This document shows positions 52,956 through 62,567 of a stretch of 64,000 nt of DNA, piece by piece (position 1 is the stretch's first letter; each line of letters starts with the position of its first letter). The notes under the pieces are model-generated. The model was not told the origin of the DNA. It did not search any database and saw only the letters and a list, made by a program, of their open reading frames with translations. The position numbers and the translations under genes are program-made. The DNA comes from Eubacteriales bacterium (GTDB taxonomy: Bacteria; Bacillota; Clostridia; Oscillospirales; CAG-272), in NCBI GenBank assembly GCA_045127455.1, contig JBGVQK010000026.1, forward strand, positions 3,066 to 67,065, read 5' to 3'.

Positions 52956-54977
52956 TTATATTCTCCTTACGGGATAGGGCAACGCTTCTCCCTTTTTCCA
53001 AAGACGAATGACCTCATCCACCTCGTCGGGCGTTTCGGTGCTGAAGAGGAAATGGTGAGAAGTAATATTCGCTTTTGTAAGCTGGTCTTGTCTATCCGAC
53101 ATCGACGTGGGGAGACTGTTATAGATGACGTTGCGGTGCTCCCACTCGCGCAAAACGGGGAAGCGCACACCGCGACGGTCGGTCAGAATTGCGACGTTTT
53201 TGTTACACGTATCGCAATCGGCAATCTCGCGAATGACGCACTTTTCAACTGTCATTAAGGGAATTCGTCCGTAAACGATGAGCGAGGTATTACCCTTGAT
53301 GTCACGCGCCTGCGGCAACGTGAGCTCGGGCGAGAGGATGAGGGAGTTAATTCCCATCTCTTCCAGAGCACAAACCGATTCGCAGTTGGTGACGTTGAAG
53401 CGAAAATCGCCCACGGGAATAAGCCCTGCTTGCTTAACAAGCTCAATATGACCGAGGTTGCCAACGAGTGCATAACGCACACCTTTGGCGGCTGCGGCGG
53501 AAAGCATTTCGCCAACTCTTGCAAGATCACCTTCAAAAATGACAGGCGGCAAAACAACACCGTCACACGTGGGTGTCTCTTTGCCAAGCGGCAGATAGAT
53601 GCGGTCGAAGAATTCTCTTGCCAAGGGTGTGATCTGCTCGGGGGTGTAGAAGCGCGCGGTTTTCTCTTTTTTGCATACGTTGTGCGATTTTTGCGGAACG
53701 TATGGCATTTTTTCAATCTTTTTTGGGGCTAAATTGCTCTCCCATTCGGCAATTGCGCGGCGGCGCAAATCGTTGAGTCGCGATACGGGGAGCATCAGTC
53801 TGTCGTCCATTTCGACGGTAAAAGAGCCAATCGAATAAGGCGTTCCACCGAGCTTTGAGAGATTGCGCTCCAAATGCTCGGCACAAAGGGGTGCGGTGAG
53901 TGCCGCTTGCACAACGTCGCCCTCTACCGTGATTTGGCGGTTTTTATCGCTCACGGTAAGTCTAATCGGCTCGTTTTCTTTCATACGTACCGCAAAGTCG
54001 AGCGGAATTTTGCGTGTAATGCCAACAAAAGGCGTCAGCGTGCGAGAGGCGGATTTGTCGTCCTCGGAGCGCACACCAAGCATTTTGCTATCAATTTTTT
54101 CTTTGTAATAACCATCCGTAAATCCGCCACGCGAGAAGATGGAGGCAAGCTCACGCATTTCGTCGGGGGTAGCGGCACGGCGCTCATCAAGCAGCCTGCG
54201 CCAAATGCGCGCGGTGTCGCGCACGTACTCGGGGGCTTTCATTCTGCCCTCAATTTTCAAGGATGCAACGCCGCTCTCGATCAGTGCAGGCACGTGCTCG
54301 GCAAGCGAGAGGTCCTTGAGAGAGAGGGGATAGGGGCATCCGCCTTTTTTGCAAGCGAAGGGAAGACGGCAAGGCTGTGCACATTCACCGCGGTTTCCGC
54401 TTCTTCCACCCACGAGAGAGGAGAAGAGGCATTGCCCCGAATGGCTGACACAAAGTGCGCCGTGAATGAACATTTCCACCTCAAGCGGGGAATTTTTCAC
54501 TGCTTCAAAAAGATCACTCGCGGGCGTTTCGCGCGCAATGACGATGCGGCTAAAGCCAATCTCTTTCAGTTTTTTTGCCGACTCTGCATTGTGCGAGGAT
54601 GCCTGCGTGCTTGCGTGAAGCTCCAATGTGGGAAAGCTGCGTTTGAGTGCCGCTGCTACGCCAAGGTCGGCAACAATGAGGGCATCTACGCCTGCGTTTG
54701 CCGCTTCCTCGGCGGCGGCAAGAGCCGCAGGGATCTCGCGATCTCCCACAAGGGTGTTGAGCGTGAGATAAACCTTTACACCATAGGCGTGCGCGCGCAA
54801 AACGGCGGAGCGCAATGCGTCTCCGCCGAAATTGTGGGCATTCATTCTTGCATTAAACGTGGTACCACCGAGGTAAACGGCATCGGCACCGCCTTCAATC
54901 GCTGCGTCAAGAGCTGCGGGAGAACCCGCAGGGCATAGCAGCTCGGGCAAGGGTTGGATGCGCTTATCAGACATCAC
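52956..54977 (-). CDS. U32-family peptidase-like protein
   Basis: Contains the U32 signature EMFIHGALCVSHSGQCLFS. 673 aa. Confidence 0.88.
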   Translation of the reverse strand: MMSDKRIQPLPELLCPAGSPAALDAAIEGGADAVYLGGTTFNARMNAHNFGGDALRSAVLRAHAYGVKVYLTLNTLVGDREIPAALAAAEEAANAGVDALIVADLGVAAALKRSFPTLELHASTQASSHNAESAKKLKEIGFSRIVIARETPASDLFEAVKNSPLEVEMFIHGALCVSHSGQCLFSSLVGGRSGNRGECAQPCRLPFACKKGGCPYPLSLKDLSLAEHVPALIESGVASLKIEGRMKAPEYVRDTARIWRRLLDERRAATPDEMRELASIFSRGGFTDGYYKEKIDSKMLGVRSEDDKSASRTLTPFVGITRKIPLDFAVRMKENEPIRLTVSDKNRQITVEGDVVQAALTAPLCAEHLERNLSKLGGTPYSIGSFTVEMDDRLMLPVSRLNDLRRRAIAEWESNLAPKKIEKMPYVPQKSHNVCKKEKTARFYTPEQITPLAREFFDRIYLPLGKETPTCDGVVLPPVIFEGDLARVGEMLSAAAAKGVRYALVGNLGHIELVKQAGLIPVGDFRFNVTNCESVCALEEMGINSLILSPELTLPQARDIKGNTSLIVYGRIPLMTVEKCVIREIADCDTCNKNVAILTDRRGVRFPVLREWEHRNVIYNSLPTSMSDRQDQLTKANITSHHFLFSTETPDEVDEVIRLWKKGEALPYPVRRI

Positions 54978-55572
54978 TAAAGGTCAAAAAATCAAACATC
55001 GCGCCAACGCGATTCTTGGGAGTGCTCTTTTGAGAGGTGGTCTCTTCAACAACAACGGGAGCCTCCTCAACGGGAGCAACCTCTGCAATTGCTTCCTCTG
55101 CGGTTGCGGTCTCTTCAAATACAGAGATCTGCGCTTGCTCTTCCTCTGCCTTTTTGTTAAACGGCTTGGGAACGTACTTGGGCTTTTCTTCCTTTACGGG
55201 AGCGTTAGCAGCTGCGGCGTGGTCAAGGATAGAACGCATTACGCTGGCATCCTTGCGCAGATTGTCTACTTCCTCCTGCAAGCTTTCAATGGTCTTTTTG
55301 AGCTTTTCGTTCTCTGCGGAGAAGCGGAAAGCATCCTTTTCTACCTTTTTGAAGGCCTCTTGCATTGCCATTCTTTCAGAGCAATATGCGAGAGCGCAAA
55401 GGATAGCTGCCTCGTTTTTGGTGCAACGAGGGCTCTTGAGGTTGATATCACGCATGCGGCGATCAAGCATGCCAACGATATTTTCTACCTCATCGGGGGA
55501 AGCGTCACTGATGATGTTGAGCTCCATGTCTGCAACTGTAATGCTGTACTTTTGTTTCATAGATGGTACCAT
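54967..55572 (-). CDS. zapA: cell-division protein ZapA with an extended coiled-coil/acidic C-terminus
   Basis: The N-terminal ITVADMELNIISDASPDEVENIVGMLDRRMRDI...NEAAILCAL is ZapA-like. An AAAGGA RBS precedes the ATG at 55572. Confidence 0.75.
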   Translation of the reverse strand: MVPSMKQKYSITVADMELNIISDASPDEVENIVGMLDRRMRDINLKSPRCTKNEAAILCALAYCSERMAMQEAFKKVEKDAFRFSAENEKLKKTIESLQEEVDNLRKDASVMRSILDHAAAANAPVKEEKPKYVPKPFNKKAEEEQAQISVFEETATAEEAIAEVAPVEEAPVVVEETTSQKSTPKNRVGAMFDFLTFSDV

Positions 55573-55842
55573 GAATCCTTTCTTCCGCCGCCCCAAATCG
55601 CGTGCAGGGCGGGAATTATTTGTGAAATGCCGCATTTTGCAACACGACATAATTATCTAACTATATTATACAATAAAAAAATTGAAAAGAAAAGGGGTTT
55701 TTTGAAAAAAGTTTGAAATTTTTTCATTTTTCTGACATTTTTTTGTTTTCCCTTCAAAAACGGGTGCAAATACTTGCAAAAGTGGCGGAAATATGCTAAA
55801 ATAGAGGCAACAAAAAAGAGAAGAAGGGAAGGGAGAAAAAGA

Positions 55843-56016
55843 ATGGAACCCAAGGACTACACAGTTATTAAAATTGAGGGCGAATATGCCTATCTGCGCG
55901 ATGATGCCGCCCCTGCGACTCCGCCGCTTTTTATTGCATTGGCACTCCTGCCCTCGGGCGTGGACGAGGGCACAAGACTGCATTGTGAGCTGTTTCAGTA
56001 TGAAATTATAGAATAA
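55843..56016 (+). CDS. small DUF3006-like protein
   Basis: 57 aa, MEPKDYTVIKIEGEYAYLRDD..LP.GVDEGTRL, with a GGGAG RBS. Confidence 0.45.
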   Translation: MEPKDYTVIKIEGEYAYLRDDAAPATPPLFIALALLPSGVDEGTRLHCELFQYEIIE

Positions 56017-56074
56017 GAATTATTCTTTTTATTAAATATTGCCGCTTTTGACCCTAAAAATGCTTTTTAGAAGC

Positions 56075-56117
56075 GAAAAAAGGCTACTGTGCAAAAATCA
56101 CAGTAGCCTTTTTTTCG
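56075..56117. terminator. bidirectional intrinsic terminator after rplL
   Basis: aaaaaaggctactgtg-caaaaat-cacagtagccttttttt. Confidence 0.85.
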
Positions 56118-56157
56118 GTTATCTTTAGACAAATGTGAAATTGAAGTAGAGTTTAAA

Positions 56158-56535
56158 TTACTTAATTTCAACGGTTGCGCCTGCCTCGGTGAGAGCAGCC
56201 TTAACTTGCTCAGCCTCATCCTTGGAAACGCCTTCCTTGATAGCCTTAGGAGCAGCCTCAACGAGGTCCTTAGCGTCCTTCAGGCCGAGACCGGTGAGCT
56301 CACGAACAACCTTGATAACGTCGAGCTTCTTAGCGCCGAAGCTTGCAAGGATAACGTCGAACTCGGTCTTTTCTTCTGCTGCGGGAGCTGCTGCGCCTGC
56401 TGCTGCAACTACGCCTACGGGAGCTGCTGCGGATACGCCGAACTCTTCTTCAACTGCCTTAACGAGGTCGTTGAGTTCAAGAATGGTAAGGGACTTAATT
56501 TCTTCAAGAATGTTAGTAATCTTTTCGGATGCCAT
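56158..56535 (-). CDS. rplL: 50S ribosomal protein L7/L12
   Basis: [34 protein letters not shown], an Ala-rich hinge, and a conserved C-terminal domain. Confidence 0.97.
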   Translation of the reverse strand: MASEKITNILEEIKSLTILELNDLVKAVEEEFGVSAAAPVGVVAAAGAAAPAAEEKTEFDVILASFGAKKLDVIKVVRELTGLGLKDAKDLVEAAPKAIKEGVSKDEAEQVKAALTEAGATVEIK

Positions 56536-56634
56536 TGTTATTTACCTCCAAAATTTGAGTATTTTTTATTTTGTGTATTTTCCGATCACATCAAGCCGGG
56601 GATCGGAGTCCGGAATGGGGAAGAGACGCAAAAA

Positions 56635-57159
56635 TTATGCTTCTGCGGGAGCCTCTTCGGTGGTCTCGCCGTCCTTGTCGCAAATAGCCTTGATAGCATA
56701 AGCGAACTTGTACAGAGGAGACTGGATAGAGCCGAGGAACTTTGCAATAAGAGTTTCCTTGTTGGGGATGTTTGCCAACTCGTTTACGGTAGCTGCATCA
56801 ACAACTGCGCCGTCAACGTAACCTGCAAGAATGTTAAAGGACTCGATCTTATCAGCATATTCCTTCAGGATCTTAGCTGCGATAACGGGATCTTTTTCGC
56901 TGATAGCGATAGCGGTCATACCGGTAAGGTATTGCTTCATATCGCCGTAGCCTACCATATCGCATGCTCTGCCGGTCATGGTGTTCTTCATAACAACGTA
57001 CTTAACACCGGCCTCACGCAGAGCCTTACGCATTGCGGTGTCCTTATCTACCGTAATACCTTGGTAGTTAACAACAACGCCTGCCTCGGAATTTTTAATT
57101 TGTTCTGCCAGATCAGCAACAAGTTGTTGCTTCTGAACGAGAATGGAATTGCTGGGCAT
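56635..57159 (-). CDS. rplJ: 50S ribosomal protein L10
   Basis: Conserved L10 sequence from MPSNSILVQKQQLVADLAEQIK, adjacent to rplL. The tracked ORF was trimmed to the ATG at 57159 behind a GGAGG RBS. Confidence 0.95.
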   Translation of the reverse strand: MPSNSILVQKQQLVADLAEQIKNSEAGVVVNYQGITVDKDTAMRKALREAGVKYVVMKNTMTGRACDMVGYGDMKQYLTGMTAIAISEKDPVIAAKILKEYADKIESFNILAGYVDGAVVDAATVNELANIPNKETLIAKFLGSIQSPLYKFAYAIKAICDKDGETTEEAPAEA

Positions 57160-57320
57160 TCTGATTGACCTCCTGTTAGATTTTCGAAATAAAAAAATCT
57201 TCCTTCCGGCAAGCACACTTACAGCCGTGAAGAAAGATTGAACGCACAATTTGGGATTCAATTCATCTCCTCGGCAGGAAAGCGTCAGCTTTTACCGGAA
57301 CCTGCTGTCTTTGGATAACG
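57160..57320 (-). promoter_or_regulatory. structured rplJ leader (L10-leader-type autoregulatory RNA candidate)
   Basis: The 5' UTR of about 160 nt lies between a consensus promoter and rplJ, in the position where Firmicutes carry the L10 leader. The structure was not folded rigorously. Confidence 0.4.
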
Positions 57321-57325
57321 CAGGT

Positions 57326-57354
57326 ATTATACCACAAAGAGAATGCTTTGTCAA
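57326..57354 (-). promoter_or_regulatory. sigma-A promoter of rplJ-rplL with an UP-like block
   Basis: The minus strand reads TTGACA, 17-nt spacer, TATAAT. It is preceded by cttttttcaaaaaagggg, nearly identical to the block before the tRNA-Arg promoter. Confidence 0.8.
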
Positions 57355-57423
57355 CCCCTTTTTTGAAAAAAGTTGAAATATTTTTTACTTCTTGAAAATG
57401 AGAGGAAAAGAACGGAAAAACAG

Positions 57424-57572
57424 ATGTTTTTTGGTAGGGGCGACCATTGGTCGTCCGTTAAGTGCTCAAATGTTTTTTTGCGGTGGGGAGACCCCTCCCC
57501 TACGGCGCCGGAATATGTTTTGTAGGGGAGGCGTTTCGCCTCCCGAGATCGGGCGGCGGAGAACCGCCGCCC
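57424..57572 (+). repeat. cluster of REP-like units: ATGTTTT(T)G plus a G-rich lead-in plus a short GC hairpin (3 units), then one extra GC hairpin
   Basis: The hairpins are ggcgacc/ggtcgtc (57439-57456), ggggag/ctcccc (57485-57500), gggaggcg/cgcctccc (57526-57544) and gggcggcgg/ccgccgccc (57551-57572). The first three are each preceded by atgtttt. Confidence 0.7.
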
Positions 57573-57579
57573 CTTTGTG

Positions 57580-60252
57580 TTAGTTTACTTGTTTGAGATA
57601 ATTCCACTCAACACCGTCGGAAGAGGTGAACAAATAACAAGGCTTGCCCGTTCCTTCGTGAACGGCTTGCACATACAAATAATACGTGCCGTCAATATAT
57701 TGCAGGTCGTATGCTTGAATACCCCAATCTTTATCGGGAGAAATTGCAAAGAAGTTACTTAAATCAACAGGAATCCAAGAGATGCCGCCGTCTTTTGTAA
57801 TGTAGGTGCGCTTGTGAAAGCTATAATCACTTGCCCAATGGCGTCCTGCAATGATGCCGATATCCTCAGTGGCGAATTTAGCCAATATCATACACTCCCT
57901 TAAATTGGTGTAGGGGGCGTTGCTACAGTCAATCGAAGTCCAAGTTTTTCCGCCATCTTGTGTTTTGTAGAGCTTGGAAACTTTTTGGTATCCGTATGCA
58001 AAATCGGAATGTCCGCCTTCCTCGATGACAAAAATATAGCCGTTTTTATCATCTACAAAGTTACAAAAGATCTGGTTTTCATATATCGGTTCATCCCAAG
58101 TGATAGTTTGCTCGGTGATCTCATCGCTTCCTTCGGCGAAAGAAAGAATTTTTATGGACGTGCCGAGACCGTCAGGGTGATATACGAAAATTCCCTTATC
58201 GCCAAATATTGCGGTGGCATTTGAAAACTCTAAATCTTTAATTTCGGTGTAGGTAAAGGGGAATTCGAGCGTTTGATTCCAAGCACCAATTTGCAAATAC
58301 ACTTTTCCGTCGTTTTCGTACAAGACTGAAGAAATGCTTTGATTGGGGCCGAGATCGTTTTCGCTATTCGGTACCAACATCCAATTTGTCAAATTCTTTG
58401 ACCAAAACTGCATTTCTTTTCGATTATTACCGGAGCTTTTAACCGTTAGATAATAGCAGTCATCGATAAGCACCATATCAACGACCTCTGAATAGTCCCA
58501 CTCCCCATTGAGAGGATACGGTAATAAAATTGGGTTCCAAGTGAGCCCACCGTCCTGTGTAATGTAGGTGCGCTCGTGGAGGTTGCAATCAGTTGCCCAA
58601 ATGCGTCCCGCGATGATTGCGATATCCTCGGTGACGAATTTTGCCAATACTAAGCTCTCCCGTAAGCTGATGTAAGGAATACTGTCGCAGTTGACAGATG
58701 CCCAGGTCTTTCCGCCGTCTTGTGTTTTGTAGAGGTGGGCAACTTTTTCAGCGCCTCTCGAAAAGCCGGGAGCGTCAATTTCCTCGGTTACAAAAATGTA
58801 GCCGTTTTCATCATCTATGAAGTTGCAAAAGATCTGGTTTTGGCATATTGCTGTATCCCAGGTGATGGTTTGCTCGGTGATCTCATCGCTCCCCTTGGTG
58901 AAAGAGAGGATTTTGATAGACGTTTCGCTGTGGTCGGGGTGATAGACGAAAAATCCCTTGTCGCCCACAATTGTGGCAGCGAGTGGTGCAAACTTGATTT
59001 CTACAATATGTTTGAAAGTAAAGGGGAGTACAAGCGTTTGATTCCAAGCGTCGATTTGCAAATAGACCATTGAGCCGCTTTTGGAGTATTCGTATTTACA
59101 CACTACTTTGTCAGAGCCATCACTGTTAGATGAAGAATAAATGGTGCGAACAATGGTATCTTTTATTGTGAACGACCAACTGTCTCCGCTTTGCAAATCA
59201 TCTGTATTGGATTGTTCAACAACTACCAATATGCTATCTTCCTTGAATTGCATGGTTCCCGAAATCAGCTCGTTTTTGTCAGTGAAAATGTATTTTCCGT
59301 CCTGCAGTGTTACTGTTAAATCAAAATCATCAAATGCGTCAAGTTGGAGTACGCGCAAGTGACATTCGATTTTTCCCTCACTAACAGAAGTAATGGTGAG
59401 ATCGTCCGGAGGGATGGCGGAAGTATACCAAGTCCCTTTGTAGCTCTCCAAATCAGAGAATGAGGTAGGATTTTCGAGGTTCATTGATGTGAATTCGATT
59501 CCGGATTGTTTGGTGATTTCGGTGGGGTGATGAAGCGCGAAAGTATATTCGAGATATAAAGCATTGAAGCTTTCCTTGTCAAGAGAGGTGCGTACTCCGT
59601 CGATTTCTTTGAAATATTGTAATTCATAAGGTGTGAGATTGTCTACATCGGGTATATAGACAGATTCATCTTTGCACCAGAAACTAAGACCTGCCAGTTC
59701 ACCGTTTTCGGAAATTTTTTGGGCGTAGGCATAATGATTTTCACCTTTGCTATAACCGCTTTTATAAATGGTACCGTCCGGGCCGATGGCACCGATGTGA
59801 TTCGTGTCTCCTTGGAATGTGTCGACTATTTTTATATGACCGTCCACAATGGTGAAGAGTACGTAAATATAGTAATTTTCGTCAAGAAGTATCAACTCAT
59901 CGGTGCCGTCACCGTTGATATCTTTTATACAATATCCGGCTTTGGTGGGAACTACATCGTAGGTTGCTTGAATCAGTATGTTGAGTATCTCATCTTCGCG
60001 GTTGTATTGTTTGACAAAAATAGTATCATAATTTTTATAATTCTTTTTGATGAGGAGCAATTCTTGGAATTGTTTGAGGATGTCTTCGTAAGCATTGCTG
60101 GATGTAGGGGTGGTTTCCGGCACTTCGGTTGTTGTACTCTCTGTCGTCGTATTATCTATCTTATCCTCGCCGGCGGGCGTCTGTTGGCAGGCGGTAAGCG
60201 GTGCGGCTAAAAGGGTAGAGGCGAGCAGTAGAGTTGCAATTTCTTTTTTCAT
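57580..60252 (-). CDS. lipoprotein with BNR/Asp-box beta-propeller-like repeats
   Basis: Lipobox LTAC after MKKEIATLLLASTLLAAP. There are four S/T-x-D-G-G-x-(T/S)-W Asp-boxes (TQDGGKTW twice, TQDGGLTW, TKDGGISW) and an internal duplication of about 254 aa. Confidence 0.8.
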   Translation of the reverse strand: MKKEIATLLLASTLLAAPLTACQQTPAGEDKIDNTTTESTTTEVPETTPTSSNAYEDILKQFQELLLIKKNYKNYDTIFVKQYNREDEILNILIQATYDVVPTKAGYCIKDINGDGTDELILLDENYYIYVLFTIVDGHIKIVDTFQGDTNHIGAIGPDGTIYKSGYSKGENHYAYAQKISENGELAGLSFWCKDESVYIPDVDNLTPYELQYFKEIDGVRTSLDKESFNALYLEYTFALHHPTEITKQSGIEFTSMNLENPTSFSDLESYKGTWYTSAIPPDDLTITSVSEGKIECHLRVLQLDAFDDFDLTVTLQDGKYIFTDKNELISGTMQFKEDSILVVVEQSNTDDLQSGDSWSFTIKDTIVRTIYSSSNSDGSDKVVCKYEYSKSGSMVYLQIDAWNQTLVLPFTFKHIVEIKFAPLAATIVGDKGFFVYHPDHSETSIKILSFTKGSDEITEQTITWDTAICQNQIFCNFIDDENGYIFVTEEIDAPGFSRGAEKVAHLYKTQDGGKTWASVNCDSIPYISLRESLVLAKFVTEDIAIIAGRIWATDCNLHERTYITQDGGLTWNPILLPYPLNGEWDYSEVVDMVLIDDCYYLTVKSSGNNRKEMQFWSKNLTNWMLVPNSENDLGPNQSISSVLYENDGKVYLQIGAWNQTLEFPFTYTEIKDLEFSNATAIFGDKGIFVYHPDGLGTSIKILSFAEGSDEITEQTITWDEPIYENQIFCNFVDDKNGYIFVIEEGGHSDFAYGYQKVSKLYKTQDGGKTWTSIDCSNAPYTNLRECMILAKFATEDIGIIAGRHWASDYSFHKRTYITKDGGISWIPVDLSNFFAISPDKDWGIQAYDLQYIDGTYYLYVQAVHEGTGKPCYLFTSSDGVEWNYLKQVN
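57583..59100 (-). repeat. in-frame tandem duplication (period 762-765 nt) inside the lipoprotein gene
   Basis: ccgccatcttgtgttttgtagag at 57951 recurs as ccgccgtcttgtgttttgtagag at 58713. The protein halves align (IKILSF.EGSDEITEQTITWD...YKTQDGGKTW...). Confidence 0.85.
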
Positions 60253-60272
60253 CGTTTTCTCCTTTCGCGGTA

Positions 60273-62567
60273 TTATTCTTCTACAAACGTCCAATTTATC
60301 AAATCAGTAGAAACAAGCTGCTTTGAATATTTTTGAGCACCAAGCCCCCGCGCTGTTCGCAAAAAGATGATGTATTCTCCGTTTTCGTAGGCAAAATCGT
60401 ATGCTTCGATGGAACCGAGCTCTATGGACGAACCAACTTTGTGCCAGGTTTTTCCACCGTCGGCAGTGACGTAGGTTTTGGATGACAGATCATCGTTGGC
60501 ATGGTGGCCGCCAAATATGCAGCCGACTTGATCGTCCAGCATTTTTGCACAGATGATATCTTCTTTCCAATAAATCGAGGGCGAGGTTTCAACGGGCTGT
60601 TCAACCCATGTTTCTCCACCGTCTGTCGTTTTGAAAAAGTGAGATAATTCAATAGGAGAGCCGCCCAAAAGGAACAAATATCCTGTTTTTTCGTCAATGA
60701 AATTGCAATATTTCTGCCCGTAGCTGTAATCCCCATCGGGGAGATTGAGGGGACGAATGGTGACCTCGGGATTCCATCTGGTAAATTGAATCAAGCTGAT
60801 GGGCTTATCATCGGGGCTGAAATCTCTGAAGAAGAGCGTGCCCTCTGTCTCACTCAAAACAGCGGAGCAAGAATCCAACACATCTTCTATGATATACATA
60901 TCATCACGTTTGGGAACGATGAAGAACTGATGCCACTCGGGAATATAGAGGATGAGGTTGCCATCCTCGTGAATGATATAATGAATACCCTCGCTATGGG
61001 TGCCATTGCAGGGAATGGTGTTGCGAGGTTGCACAAGCTTCCAAGACTTGAGGTCGGTGGATTCATGCTGTGTTATATATGAAAACGATGCTCCGCGATG
61101 TCTCACGCTCAACACATATTTTCCGTCTACATATTCAATGGATAGCTCTTCGTCATACCCGTATTCCTCGTCTGTTTCCGGTGCACCGTAGTCGGGATGC
61201 GCCCAGGTTCTTCCGCCATCGGTTGTGACGTATATTACACCGTCACCGTGCCAAAGTTTTTTGATAAAGCCAGTGTCCTCGGTAAACATTTTTGCATCGT
61301 CAATGCCCAAATGCATACTGGGTTCGGGGGCATCAATAATAGGTTGGCGCTCCCACGTTTTGCCGCCGTCTGTGGTTTTGAGGAAGGTTAAAAATTCGGT
61401 ATCCCAGTAAAAAACAAAGGTATAACCGATTTGGTCATCTATGAAATTCCAGCGCACGTAATAATCGTTGCCGAGATATTCCTCATAAGGAGATGGAGAG
61501 TTGTCGGTGCGTGTTGCGGTCAATGTCCATTCTGTAAAGTCGGTGGATTTGCAGATAAAGGTGACTTTTTCTTCCTCGTCTCCTTTTCCTTCCAGTTTTT
61601 TCTCGGCCTTAAAGCTTGCTACGTATTCATCGTTGTAAACGAGGATGCCATTAAATTTGACGTAATATTCCTCGTTTGGATCCACGCAAGAGAATGGTTG
61701 CAGCTGCCACGTACCACCGCCGTCGATGGTGGTATAGACGTCATATTGGTGAGTGATGTCCTCACTGGTATAAACAAAGTAGCCAAAATCGCGCGTCAGG
61801 AGAAAATCCCACGTTTTCAAATACCCGTTTGTTCCGCCAAAGGGTTCTCCCTTGGGACTCCAGGTTTTGCCCATATCGGTGCTTTCGTAAACTTGAATTT
61901 GCCAATTGTCATTTGCAGTAGCAGTATTTGCTTCACCCTCTTCGGTGTATAAGATGTAAAATTGGTCGGGGCTGTAAAGATTGTAATCGATATGAGGAGA
62001 AGAAAAGGGGCGGGTCTCCCATTCAAATTCGTTGATGTGGCTTTCCAGAATGGTACCGCTTTTGTCGATTTTCATCGTTATGACCTTTATCCATGGATAA
62101 CTCTTATTCATAAAGTAAGGGTCAAACTCTGCCAAAACGTAGAGATAATCATCAGTGACCAAAACGTCATGCACATAGGTTGCGTTGGTTCCGTCGGTGA
62201 TTTTGAAGGCTTGATCCCAGTCCTTAACGTAAAAATAGTGGTTGTCAAAGTCGTCGTTATAAACAAACGTATAGACACCCGTGCCGGAGCGTTCTTCCCA
62301 TTTGTAGATGTCCTCGGGAAGAGTGAAGAGCGAGCAGGTGATGTTTTCGCCAACAATGGGGTGCTCAAAGTTTATTTCATCGTCGCTTGGCGGCTCGGGT
62401 GTTGTGTTTTCGGGTGGTGTTTGTGGCGTGGTTTCGATTGTGGTTATCTCCGGCGTCGTATTATCTATATCATCCCCACCGTCGGGCACCTTTTGGCAGG
62501 CGGTGAGTGATGCGGTCAAAAGGGTGGATGCGAGTAGCAGAGTTGCAATTTCTTTTTTTAGCTTCAT
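60273..62567 (-). CDS. paralogous lipoprotein with six BNR/Asp-box repeats
   Basis: Lipobox LTAC after MKLKKEIATLLLASTLLTAS. The Asp-boxes are STDMGKTW, TIDGGGTW, TTDGGKTW, TTDGGRTW, TTDGGETW and TADGGKTW. An alternative TTG start lies at 62573. Confidence 0.8.
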   Translation of the reverse strand: MKLKKEIATLLLASTLLTASLTACQKVPDGGDDIDNTTPEITTIETTPQTPPENTTPEPPSDDEINFEHPIVGENITCSLFTLPEDIYKWEERSGTGVYTFVYNDDFDNHYFYVKDWDQAFKITDGTNATYVHDVLVTDDYLYVLAEFDPYFMNKSYPWIKVITMKIDKSGTILESHINEFEWETRPFSSPHIDYNLYSPDQFYILYTEEGEANTATANDNWQIQVYESTDMGKTWSPKGEPFGGTNGYLKTWDFLLTRDFGYFVYTSEDITHQYDVYTTIDGGGTWQLQPFSCVDPNEEYYVKFNGILVYNDEYVASFKAEKKLEGKGDEEEKVTFICKSTDFTEWTLTATRTDNSPSPYEEYLGNDYYVRWNFIDDQIGYTFVFYWDTEFLTFLKTTDGGKTWERQPIIDAPEPSMHLGIDDAKMFTEDTGFIKKLWHGDGVIYVTTDGGRTWAHPDYGAPETDEEYGYDEELSIEYVDGKYVLSVRHRGASFSYITQHESTDLKSWKLVQPRNTIPCNGTHSEGIHYIIHEDGNLILYIPEWHQFFIVPKRDDMYIIEDVLDSCSAVLSETEGTLFFRDFSPDDKPISLIQFTRWNPEVTIRPLNLPDGDYSYGQKYCNFIDEKTGYLFLLGGSPIELSHFFKTTDGGETWVEQPVETSPSIYWKEDIICAKMLDDQVGCIFGGHHANDDLSSKTYVTADGGKTWHKVGSSIELGSIEAYDFAYENGEYIIFLRTARGLGAQKYSKQLVSTDLINWTFVEE

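Noticed and set aside
57392-57583. 63-aa ORF (…LVGATIGRPLS…GGETPPLRRR…CRGGVSPPE…).
   Set aside because: It is the translation of tandem GC hairpin repeats. It has no RBS, and peptides of this kind are typical artefacts of REP-like elements.
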